Below are positions 26,019 to 33,155 of a stretch of DNA of 48,240 nt, piece by piece. Source of the DNA: Terriglobales bacterium (lineage in GTDB: Bacteria > Acidobacteriota > Terriglobia > Terriglobales > Acidobacteriaceae); the NCBI GenBank assembly GCA_035572845.1, contig DATNAF010000086.1, forward strand, positions 1 to 48,240, given 5' to 3'. The notes under the pieces are model-generated. The model saw nothing but the letters and a program-made list of their open reading frames with translations. It had not been told where the DNA came from and made no database searches. Position numbers and translations under genes: made by a program. The first letter of the stretch is position 1, and each line of letters opens with the position of its first letter.

Positions 26019-26118
26019 CGCGTCACCGCCAGATAGATTCCGTAGACGCAAGCCGCCGCAAGGATGGCCGGGAGCCACCACGAAAACTTGGGAGTCTCCG
26101 CGTACCGCTCCCAGCCGT

Positions 26119-26334
26119 CTACGCTGCCTTGCGCTGGATCGCCACCACGTCGATTGCGTTCGGTCGTGGGCCGCTCATGGCCTTCGCCACGTTGAAGGAC
26201 ACCTCGTTCCCCACGACCATCTCCGCTGGGTTCACGAAATTTAACTGATGGGAAAAATACACCGTCCCATCCTCGCCCTGAATATGGCAATAGCTCTGCT
26301 GAGTACCCCTTATGGAGGTCACTATTCCTGTCAT
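26119..26334 (-). CDS. Cold-shock-domain-like (OB-fold) small protein, first gene of the early operon
   Basis: MTGIVTSI...DGTVYFSHQ...GNEVSFNVAKAMSGPRPNAIDV loosely parallels CspA (MTGIVKWF...DVFVHFS...GQKVSF...GAKGP.A.NV) but lacks the KGFGFI motif. AAGGA RBS. Confidence 0.45.
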   Translation of the reverse strand: MTGIVTSIRGTQQSYCHIQGEDGTVYFSHQLNFVNPAEMVVGNEVSFNVAKAMSGPRPNAIDVVAIQRKAA

Positions 26335-26469
26335 GGGTTGTCCTTTGGATAGCCTGAGAAGAACTCTCACGCTGTATGCTGATCGGTTCCGGCATCGTTA
26401 TACCCCTAGTGGGTGCCCAAAATCGGGCTAAAGTCCTAGAGGTGTGCCGTTTAGCGTTATATCGAGTTA

Positions 26470-26514
26470 TGGTGCGCCCGGAGCGATTCGAACGCCCGAC
26501 CTACTGGTTCGTAG
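26470..26514 (-). other. attP-type core: 3' fragment of a tRNA-Arg(ACG) gene (anticodon loop to CCA), no 5' half
   Basis: The minus strand reads CTACGAA-CCAGT-AGGTC-GGGCG-TTCGAAT-CGCTC-CGGGCGC-A-CCA. The upstream sequence cannot form the anticodon stem, D arm or acceptor 5' strand. Confidence 0.75.
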
Positions 26515-26594
26515 GGGACTTGATAAACGCTGAGACGGTGACATCTCTAAGCTGCCGACCATATTTACATGAGCCGCGAACGGTGTCAAGAAAA

Positions 26595-27701
26595 TTATGC
26601 AGATGCGTACTGAGGCAGCAATCGCACCGAGGAAACAGGCTTTTTGAGCCATACATCCTGCGCCGCCTGCCGTTTCGCCTGCATACTGATCGTCGTGTAA
26701 TGCTGTTGCATCCGCGGACTCATCTGACCCGCAAACGCCATAATTGTAGAAATCGGAGTGCCCTTCTCCGCCATTCTCGTTATCGCTGTATGGCGCATAT
26801 CGTAGGGCGTTAGCCAGAGGATTTGAGACTTATCCCTGATTTTATTCCATGTCCCCTTGATGCAGTGCTTGGTCATGGGCCGTGTCACGTCAAGGTCGCC
26901 GCGCCTGGAATTACTGCCAAAAGGTAACCAATAATGTTCAGGTCTCCGGCATCCAAAATCAAAAGCTCGCCGCAGCAAAAACTCAGTCGATTCCCGTATC
27001 TCGTCGCTCTCAAGAGGGATCGTCCGATTGCGAAACTTGTTTTTCGACGCCTCCGGCCCCACCCTGAAAGTCCAATGCCGCAGACTTATGTCTACCAAGC
27101 GCCCTTTTCTTATTTCAATAGTGCTCGCGCACGTTTCGAGGGCCACCCTAGAGTAGTGGTACACCCAAAGCCATTCTTCATCCCACAGGCAGGATTGCAG
27201 CCAATGGGCTTCCTGTTCCGGGTCCATCGCTCTCGGCACATCGCTGTACTGCAACGGGAGCTGATCGAAGGCTCCGTCTAAATCATCTGTCCATACGTGC
27301 GCCGCTCGCATCATCCGCAACAAGAGCCCTACCTCTTTGTGTATCCGATTCTGGCCGCATTTCTTTTTCCATCCACCCCGGCAATTGGCTCTGTCATCCT
27401 GATATTGGCGGATACTGCCGTCGTGTATCTGATTTAGTTTGAATGGGCCAAAGAACTTCTCGAGTGCCCAGGCATATTCACGGTAGGTCTCTTCGCTGCT
27501 TTCCGCGATATAGCGCACACTGGTCTCAGAGCGCTCCCCAATCAATCTCGCTTCAAGCCACATCTCAAATGCGGGCTGAAAATATTGATCGGCGAGCTTT
27601 TCTTCGGAACGCACAAGGCTCCGCGACAGACACCCCGGACAATCAGGTCCGTGCCTTGGAGTGTGGTCAGTCATTTTCGGCAGAGAGGGAAAACAAGACA
27701 A
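26595..27701 (-). CDS. int: Tyrosine recombinase / phage integrase
   Basis: C-terminal catalytic box LTPYDMRHTAITRMAEKG...AFAGQMSPRMQQHY. Adjacent to the tRNA-derived core. Confidence 0.9.
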   Translation of the reverse strand: MSCFPSLPKMTDHTPRHGPDCPGCLSRSLVRSEEKLADQYFQPAFEMWLEARLIGERSETSVRYIAESSEETYREYAWALEKFFGPFKLNQIHDGSIRQYQDDRANCRGGWKKKCGQNRIHKEVGLLLRMMRAAHVWTDDLDGAFDQLPLQYSDVPRAMDPEQEAHWLQSCLWDEEWLWVYHYSRVALETCASTIEIRKGRLVDISLRHWTFRVGPEASKNKFRNRTIPLESDEIRESTEFLLRRAFDFGCRRPEHYWLPFGSNSRRGDLDVTRPMTKHCIKGTWNKIRDKSQILWLTPYDMRHTAITRMAEKGTPISTIMAFAGQMSPRMQQHYTTISMQAKRQAAQDVWLKKPVSSVRLLPQYASA

Positions 27702-27840
27702 CAGGTTGATCGTGGCCCAAGGTCGTTATCTCCGTGGCGTCACAGACCGGGCAGTTTAGGTGGTTCAGTGTGTGTTGGGCATAGCGGGAATCATCTTGTC
27801 CGGCGTGCGGAGGTTCGTCTATGACTTTTATCATAGGGAA

Positions 27841-27905
27841 GTGATATCACATTGATATATGCCATGCATTATTAAGTTGACATAAGTTACCAAAGAGATA
27901 TCTTA
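27841..27905 (+). promoter_or_regulatory. Operator-like palindromes and candidate promoter upstream of the first RHH gene
   Basis: GTGATATCAC at 27841-27850, TGATATAT at 27853-27860, ATGCAT at 27864-27869, TTGACA at 27877-27882 and AGATATCT at 27896-27903. The ATG follows at 27911, so the transcript may be leaderless. Confidence 0.3.
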
Positions 27906-27910
27906 GTGTT

Positions 27911-28087
27911 ATGCCCGCTAATAAGAAGAGCATCAAGGCCGTCCTTGTACGATTTAGTGAAGAAGAATTTGCCGCCGCCGAATGGCTCAAGAACAAAACC
28001 AGGCGATCTCGCACAAACGCCGTCAAGTGGGCCGTTCTAAAGACGGCGGAGGATTTGGGATATATGGCGAAGTGTAAAGGGAGGTAA
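27911..28087 (+). CDS. Ribbon-helix-helix (CopG/Arc-like) protein, 58 aa, not in the ORF track
   Basis: KAVLVRFSEEEFAAAEWLKNKTRRSRTNAVKWAVLKTAE fits a beta-strand/helix/helix RHH pattern. Confidence 0.55.
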   Translation: MPANKKSIKAVLVRFSEEEFAAAEWLKNKTRRSRTNAVKWAVLKTAEDLGYMAKCKGR

Positions 28088-28119
28088 TCATTGCGGTTAC
28101 GAATGTAATGCGTTTGTAC

Positions 28120-28146
28120 TGACAGGTCAATGACAAATCACTGACG
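28120..28146 (+). promoter_or_regulatory. Three TGACR direct repeats at 11-bp phasing upstream of the second RHH gene
   Basis: TGACA at 28120, TGACA at 28131 and TGACG at 28142. Confidence 0.3.
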
Positions 28147-28188
28147 TTGTAGGGGTTTCGTCATTGTATCGGCTACAACTTTAGAGGA

Positions 28189-28341
28189 ATGTCAAAGCCG
28201 AGAACGTGTCTTCTTCAAGTTCGTATGCCCATCCAAGAGCGCAAAGAGCTTAGAATCTTAGCTGCCAGCCGGGGATTGAGTATGTCATCGTATGTTCGTT
28301 CGGTCATCAAAGAGAAGCTCGAAAAGCAGCCGCTTAAATAA
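28189..28341 (+). CDS. Ribbon-helix-helix (CopG-like) protein, 50 aa, not in the ORF track
   Basis: LLQVRMPIQERKELRILAASRGLSMSSYVRSVIKEKL is a typical RHH pattern. AGAGGA lies just upstream of the ATG. Confidence 0.55.
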   Translation: MSKPRTCLLQVRMPIQERKELRILAASRGLSMSSYVRSVIKEKLEKQPLK

Positions 28342-28393
28342 GATCGCGCCCCATCCGAATACAGGGCGCGGGAGGAAGTAGAATTGAGAGATT

Positions 28394-28469
28394 GCGAGAC
28401 TAGCTCAACGGATAGAGCGGCTTCCTTCTAAGAAGATGGTTCGAGGTTCGATTCCTCGGTCTTGCACCA
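28394..28469 (+). tRNA. tRNA-Arg (anticodon TCT, reads AGA), CCA encoded
   Basis: Hand-folded cloverleaf: acceptor GCGAGAC/GTCTTGC, D arm GCTC..GAGC, anticodon loop CTTCTAA, T arm CGAGG-TTCGATT-CCTCG. 76 nt. Confidence 0.85.
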
Positions 28470-28470
28470 A

Positions 28471-28547
28471 GCGAGTGTACGCAAACAGGCAAAGCGGCCG
28501 GATTTAAAACCCGGCGTTTGTAGGTTCGATTCCTACCTCTCGCACCA
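28471..28547 (+). tRNA. Atypical tRNA: anticodon TAA (UUA/UUG) if the loop is 7 nt, short variable loop; isotype uncertain
   Basis: Good T arm (GTAGG-TTCGATT-CCTAC) and encoded CCA. The acceptor has a T-T mismatch. The anticodon stem is CCGGA/CCCGG with an A-C mismatch and loop TTTAAAA. The alternative perfect stem GCCGG/CCGGC gives a 9-nt loop. 77 nt. Confidence 0.65.
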
Positions 28548-28554
28548 AGGTTTT

Positions 28555-28630
28555 GCGCTTATAGCTCAACGGTCAGAGCGGCGAACTCATAATTCGTTGG
28601 CTGGAGGTTCAAATCCTCCTGAGCGCACCA
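28555..28630 (+). tRNA. tRNA with CAT anticodon (elongator Met, or Ile2 if lysidine-modified), CCA encoded
   Basis: Acceptor GCGCTTA/TGAGCGC, D arm GCTC..GAGC, anticodon loop CTCATAA, T arm GGAGG-TTCAAAT-CCTCC. G1-C72 is paired, so it is not initiator-like. Confidence 0.85.
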
Positions 28631-28753
28631 AGTTTGTACGGCGGCGTGGATGGACACGCTATAGTCTGGTCGTTGAGTATGAACGGGAGCAGCGACTTAC
28701 CGCGAAAAGTTCATACATAGCTGGTATCAAGCCTAGCCCGCACAAAACAGGAT

Positions 28754-28775
28754 GCCCTCTTCGGAGGGCTTTTCT
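28754..28775 (+). terminator. Intrinsic terminator downstream of the tRNA cluster
   Basis: GCCCTC-TTCG-GAGGGC followed by TTTTCT. Confidence 0.7.
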
Positions 28776-28809
28776 GTGTCAGATTTCCTGAAGAAACACA
28801 TGATTCCCG

Positions 28810-29871
28810 ATGACGACCGTTTCTTTAACTGCATCCGAAGACAGTGCGCGAAGTGATGACGCGACTGAGGTTATAATTCCCGCAATGCGAAAACCGACCT
28901 TCTCTGTGGGTATTCCGACGTTCAACCAAGCTGATTTCCTTGAAGAAACGATCCTATCTCTGCTGAATCAAACACGGCCTCCGGACGAAATTGTCATCTC
29001 GGACCATCACAGCACGGATCGCACGCCAGACATTATTGCGAAGTATGAGGGGGAGGTGCGCGGGTTGAAGCCGCCGCCAGGATGCAATGTTGGTGAACAG
29101 TGGGACTTTACACTCCGCAGCCTGAGCGGGGACTGGATTACGTTGTTCAGTAGTGACGATGTGGCGAGGCCAAACTTCTGTGAGACGCTGCTGCGTGGAG
29201 CAGCTCGCCGCGAAGATGCCGTTTTAGTGCGCGCCGGGTGGGACACCATCGACGAAGCGGGGGCGTTGTTGAGTACAGAGTATCTTTTGAGCGTTAGAGG
29301 GGTTACGCTGCCGCCCACTACCCTTACCGAGCAGCGGTACGGGCCAAAGGCGTGCTTTGCGGCCTTTGCCGTGCGGCGAGACGTGCTGGAGACTTCCGGG
29401 GGATACCACAAGGGGATGGAATCGTTCGGGGACTGGCCGTTATATATGCAGGTTGCTCCATTTGGCACATTCATCTACGAAGCGGAAGTCGTCAGTGGCT
29501 ACCGCGTAGGACACGACGGCAACAAATTCCGCAAGCGCATTGGCATGTGGTTGCGCGACGAACAGCGCATGTTTTACGAGGTGATGCCGCTGGCGGCCGA
29601 CCGCGCGAAGATGTCAGACGTAGCTTGGATCGACAAGGCAAGCCGCAAAAACTTCCTCCGCTATCTTTCCGCAGCAAGCGAAGAATTCCTTGCGGAAGAG
29701 CGCGCTGAGATCGCTCCACTCTTTCAATCATGGGCAGACCGTGTGGACGGCGAAACATTGCTAAAATCCTTTGCAAATGGGAATTTCATCCGCAATCCAA
29801 TAAGTTTCGCCCAACGCGGGAAAAGCCTTATTCGTCCCTTCGCCAATAGGCTAAAGACGTTGTTGGACTGA
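28810..29871 (+). CDS. Family 2 glycosyltransferase (GT2)
   Basis: FSVGIPTFNQADFLEETILSLLNQTRPPDEIVISDHHSTDRTPDII is the typical GT2 N-terminal fold motif. An alternative start at 28885 (MRKPTFSV) is plausible. Confidence 0.85.
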   Translation: MTTVSLTASEDSARSDDATEVIIPAMRKPTFSVGIPTFNQADFLEETILSLLNQTRPPDEIVISDHHSTDRTPDIIAKYEGEVRGLKPPPGCNVGEQWDFTLRSLSGDWITLFSSDDVARPNFCETLLRGAARREDAVLVRAGWDTIDEAGALLSTEYLLSVRGVTLPPTTLTEQRYGPKACFAAFAVRRDVLETSGGYHKGMESFGDWPLYMQVAPFGTFIYEAEVVSGYRVGHDGNKFRKRIGMWLRDEQRMFYEVMPLAADRAKMSDVAWIDKASRKNFLRYLSAASEEFLAEERAEIAPLFQSWADRVDGETLLKSFANGNFIRNPISFAQRGKSLIRPFANRLKTLLD

Positions 29872-30318
29872 TTCCTCTGTCTTATAAACACCCTTAAACA
29901 TGTTCATCTCAGCCTGCCGCCGTCGAACCAGCCCCGGTATAAGCTGTCCTTTTACATGTGCCCATAGAGGAAACTGCAACGCTGCTGAAGTAAACGCACC
30001 ACTATTCACGCAGCGCAAAAGCGTGGATCGCCCCAAAGTCTCGCATCCCAGGTTGAAGGCGAAGTCAACGAGCGCATCGAATTGATTTTGATTGATCGTT
30101 CCCGTTACCTGTCGATTCACGCAGGCTACGGCATTCGCCAGGTCGTCAACAAGAAGCGCCTCAGCCTGTTCAGTGGTGATCGTCAGCCCTTCGTGAACGT
30201 CCGGACCGGTATGTCCATAACCAATCGTCCACACGCCGCCCTGGTCCCGGTAGGCGGCAAGTTTCAGACCTTCAAAACTTTTTGTCATCTCGAGCCCGGA
30301 CGGACTATACGTCATCAT
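29851..30318 (-). CDS. GH24 (T4-type) lysozyme / endolysin
   Basis: FEGLKLAAYRDQGGVWTIGYGHT carries the catalytic E...D...T pattern. ATGA overlap with the upstream gene. No signal or SAR segment. Confidence 0.9.
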   Translation of the reverse strand: MMTYSPSGLEMTKSFEGLKLAAYRDQGGVWTIGYGHTGPDVHEGLTITTEQAEALLVDDLANAVACVNRQVTGTINQNQFDALVDFAFNLGCETLGRSTLLRCVNSGAFTSAALQFPLWAHVKGQLIPGLVRRRQAEMNMFKGVYKTEESVQQRL

Positions 30319-33155
30319 CGGATCACCGCCGCGCCCGTAATGACGACAGCGCCCAGCAACGATGTTGGCACAGCGCCTAAGAACTCATACGCCCCGATGC
30401 TTGGCGGGTTGGGCCGAGTCACTCCCAGGTAATCCGCGGTGATGCCGGGGATGGTCACGCCAGCGCCGATGGGCGGGCTGGAGGATGTTAGGGTAATGGG
30501 CCAAGTTCCGTACAGGCTCCACGTTGAGGTTGTCAGCAGCGGATCGACGCAAAGCGCGTTCGTCTCGTTCGTGTTTGGGCAGGCATTCTTCTCGTGGAAT
30601 GTGTCGTTGTGATCGAAGGCCGAGCCAGCATCTAGCCAAATCGCCGCCCCCGGCGTCACGCTGGTATCCAGGTAGATGCGCTGCGGATAGTTCCCGCTTC
30701 CACCCCCCGGATAGCCGTTCGTCGCGTTGTTGAGGAAGCCCAGCGTTACATTGTTCTGGAACTTGAACGCCGGGGCGGTGCAGGGGCTGACGCACTCGAT
30801 CAGGTAGCCACCGGAAGCCGCCGTGACCAGCGTATTGAACGCCACCAGGCTGTTGTAAGCATCGCTGATGGTCACCGCCACCGCATCGTCACCAGCGCGG
30901 CAGAAGTCCGATAGCGCCGTGTTGTAGCCCGAAGGAGTACCGGGAATCGCCTGCCGCAGAGCGTTGCAGTTGTCATAAATCAGGTTGTTCGTAAAAGTGA
31001 TGGCCGATCCTCCGATCTTGGCTTGGTTGCCCATATTGCCGTAGAGAAGGGAATCGATGATCGTGACAGTCGAGCCTGCCCCATTGACGTGCAGCGCGTC
31101 CAGCCCGTCCTGCGTGTTGTAGAAGACGTTGGCGTGGTCGAAGCTAACCTGCCAGCCGGGAACACTTGCTACGGTTGTCGTGCCCCAGCAATCGCCATAT
31201 CCGCTGCTGCTATCATCCGAGCCATTGAAGAATGGGAGCGCGTCCAAGATGGGGTACTGCTCGTTGAAACCGTTCCATCCACAGGTAAAGTAGTGGTTTG
31301 TCAGAGAGCCGGTTCCGGTCGTGCCGTTTCCGCGATCCAGGTTCCAGCCAGAATTATCGTTTCCTATCAGCGAGACGCGGTTGGTCACGAACCCGTCCCC
31401 TGTCGGCCCATGCATTCCAGCCGATGCCATTCCGTGAATGTCGATGTCCTGCAAGAGAACGTTCGTCGCAGTGTTCGTGATCTCAATCCCGTTGTTGGCG
31501 TAGTCGTCCATCGGGAAAGAGGTGTTACAGTTGTTCACTGTCCCAGAACGTCCGCAGCTCGATTGGTCGGAGATGTTGAAGCACTCAATCTGCACATAGC
31601 TGCTCCCGCTGACGTTGAAAACGCCGCCCGTCCCATAGCCACCGTGAACGAATGTCTTGTCGAGTGGGTTGGTGCAGCTTGCATAGTTCTCGCCGAGGAT
31701 GCGTGTTGGCTGGCCGACCGTCCCAGACGGCACAACTGGCGCTCCAGAACCTCCGGGGTTTCCCGCTTCTCCAAGGAAGTAATCCGCCGAAGTGTTGTTT
31801 GGGCCGGAATAGCCGATGCGATAGCCGGTCGTCTGCGTGTGCGCGCCGCGAACGATCACGGTGTCGCCCCCTGCACTCGTCCATCCCCACTGAGGCGCCG
31901 CGCCACCAGCCGAATACTCGCCGTCGGCCCACAGGTAGCGGATATCCGAGAAGGCGCAGTGGCCGTTCTGCGGGTAGGCCGCACCCTTCGTCCAGGTCAC
32001 GGTGCCGTCCGTCGTCGTCGTCCCCCAGGCCGGGATGGTCACGCCGCTGGTTCCACCCGCCGTCGTTGTCTCATAGAAACCCGTGTTACCCGTAATCGTC
32101 GTTCCGGGAGCAACTACGACCCCCATCGTCCACACCGCATTGGTCGTCCCGGTATAGGCGGTGTCGGAGAGTCCATCGCACTGCCCAAAGGTGGCGGGCG
32201 CACCGTGGGCGTTGTAGCGAGTCCCCCCGTCCGGACGGACGTACCAGGTCTGTGGTCCAGGCGTGAAGTTGTCAAAGAAGACGGTGTTGCCGCCGCTGGT
32301 TCCAGGCGAGGTGCAGGTTGTCCCGTCGCACACCTGCACGTACTGCACCGTCATCGTCTGCGGGAAGGTTGCCGGGGCAGCGCCATTGCTCACCCGGTTT
32401 TGGAGCAGGATAAACATCGGATTCTGCGGGACATTTGAGGTGTAGTGTGCCGTCGAAGCCGTCCCGTCCACCGAGTAGGTGATCGAAGAATTGCTCCACT
32501 GCATCGAATAGACGTGGAAGTTGGAGATGGAACTGGAGAGTGTCTGCGACGTGTTTTGCTGCGAAGTCAGATTGGAAAACAGGTTCTGATTCGTGTTTGT
32601 GTAACTCGGCTCGATGTACTCCATGATGTCGATTTCGGCAGAGTCGCCGTTCGGCATCGTATCCGTGGACCAGTGGCAGTTGCCTACGTTGTCCCAGGTG
32701 TTGTAGACAGACTGGTACTGGCAGCCGCTGGAACTGGACAGCAACCCAGCCCCGCCCAGCAGCCAGAACGCGGGCCATCCCTTCCCAGCCTCGATGCTTG
32801 CCTGAATGGTGCAGGTTCCACTCGGGCAGCTTGTGGTAGGGCTGAAACTCGATACCGAAGCCATCGCACCCGAGAGGTACAACTGCGTTCCCTGGGTCGT
32901 ATCGGACAGCCCACAGGTGGGCGAAGTCGCGGGTTTCGTCATCGTAATGGTGAGCGCGTTTGTGGCGAAGGCGATCTTCTTGTCTGAATAGCAGCCGAGG
33001 TCGCCCGAACCAGTATCGGAGGCATGGTTGATGAGCATCCACTTTCCGTTCGCGCTGGTGGACGGCGCGCACACGTTTCCCGTGCCATCGTTCGTGCAGG
33101 CTTGGCCGAGGGCCATCGCCGAGAGCAGGAACGGGATGAAGAAGCGCAATCTCAC
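30315..33155 (-). CDS. Signal-peptide-bearing GH16 beta-glucanase domain fused to a right-handed beta-helix (pectate-lyase-like) region; putative polysaccharide depolymerase
   Basis: MRLRFFIPFLLSAMALGQA signal peptide. GH16 motifs WPAFWLLG and EIDIME. Later NGIEITNTATNVLLQDIDIHG...NRVSLIGNDNSGWNL repeats. GTGA overlap upstream. Confidence 0.75.
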   Translation of the reverse strand: MRLRFFIPFLLSAMALGQACTNDGTGNVCAPSTSANGKWMLINHASDTGSGDLGCYSDKKIAFATNALTITMTKPATSPTCGLSDTTQGTQLYLSGAMASVSSFSPTTSCPSGTCTIQASIEAGKGWPAFWLLGGAGLLSSSSGCQYQSVYNTWDNVGNCHWSTDTMPNGDSAEIDIMEYIEPSYTNTNQNLFSNLTSQQNTSQTLSSSISNFHVYSMQWSNSSITYSVDGTASTAHYTSNVPQNPMFILLQNRVSNGAAPATFPQTMTVQYVQVCDGTTCTSPGTSGGNTVFFDNFTPGPQTWYVRPDGGTRYNAHGAPATFGQCDGLSDTAYTGTTNAVWTMGVVVAPGTTITGNTGFYETTTAGGTSGVTIPAWGTTTTDGTVTWTKGAAYPQNGHCAFSDIRYLWADGEYSAGGAAPQWGWTSAGGDTVIVRGAHTQTTGYRIGYSGPNNTSADYFLGEAGNPGGSGAPVVPSGTVGQPTRILGENYASCTNPLDKTFVHGGYGTGGVFNVSGSSYVQIECFNISDQSSCGRSGTVNNCNTSFPMDDYANNGIEITNTATNVLLQDIDIHGMASAGMHGPTGDGFVTNRVSLIGNDNSGWNLDRGNGTTGTGSLTNHYFTCGWNGFNEQYPILDALPFFNGSDDSSSGYGDCWGTTTVASVPGWQVSFDHANVFYNTQDGLDALHVNGAGSTVTIIDSLLYGNMGNQAKIGGSAITFTNNLIYDNCNALRQAIPGTPSGYNTALSDFCRAGDDAVAVTISDAYNSLVAFNTLVTAASGGYLIECVSPCTAPAFKFQNNVTLGFLNNATNGYPGGGSGNYPQRIYLDTSVTPGAAIWLDAGSAFDHNDTFHEKNACPNTNETNALCVDPLLTTSTWSLYGTWPITLTSSSPPIGAGVTIPGITADYLGVTRPNPPSIGAYEFLGAVPTSLLGAVVITGAAVIR

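Noticed and set aside
26015-26395. 126-aa ORF whose C-terminus looks like a transmembrane helix and ends in an ATGA junction
   Set aside because: Most of it overlaps the better-looking CSD-like frame with R/G/E-rich junk. After the CSD stop there is no ATG, GTG or TTG in this frame. The hydrophobic tail is probably a GC-rich frame artefact, although a frameshift fusion cannot be excluded.
26396-26600. attL/attR boundary of an integrated prophage with host DNA on one side
   Set aside because: Both flanks are clearly phage genes (integrase on one side, early operon on the other). I found no second copy of the 45-nt core in the window by eye.
28471-28547. Suppressor tRNA implying stop-codon recoding
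   Set aside because: No fold places TTA, CTA or TCA at anticodon positions 34-36. ORFs of 1200-1313 aa are uninterrupted under the standard code, so recoding is not needed.
28462-28791. 109-aa plus-strand ORF
   Set aside because: It runs straight through two tRNA genes and the terminator, so the tRNA interpretation takes precedence.
31023-32438. 471-aa plus-strand ORF
   Set aside because: It lies entirely antisense to the GH16/beta-helix gene. It is Arg/Pro/Gly-rich with no RBS, which is a typical open antisense frame in GC-rich coding DNA.
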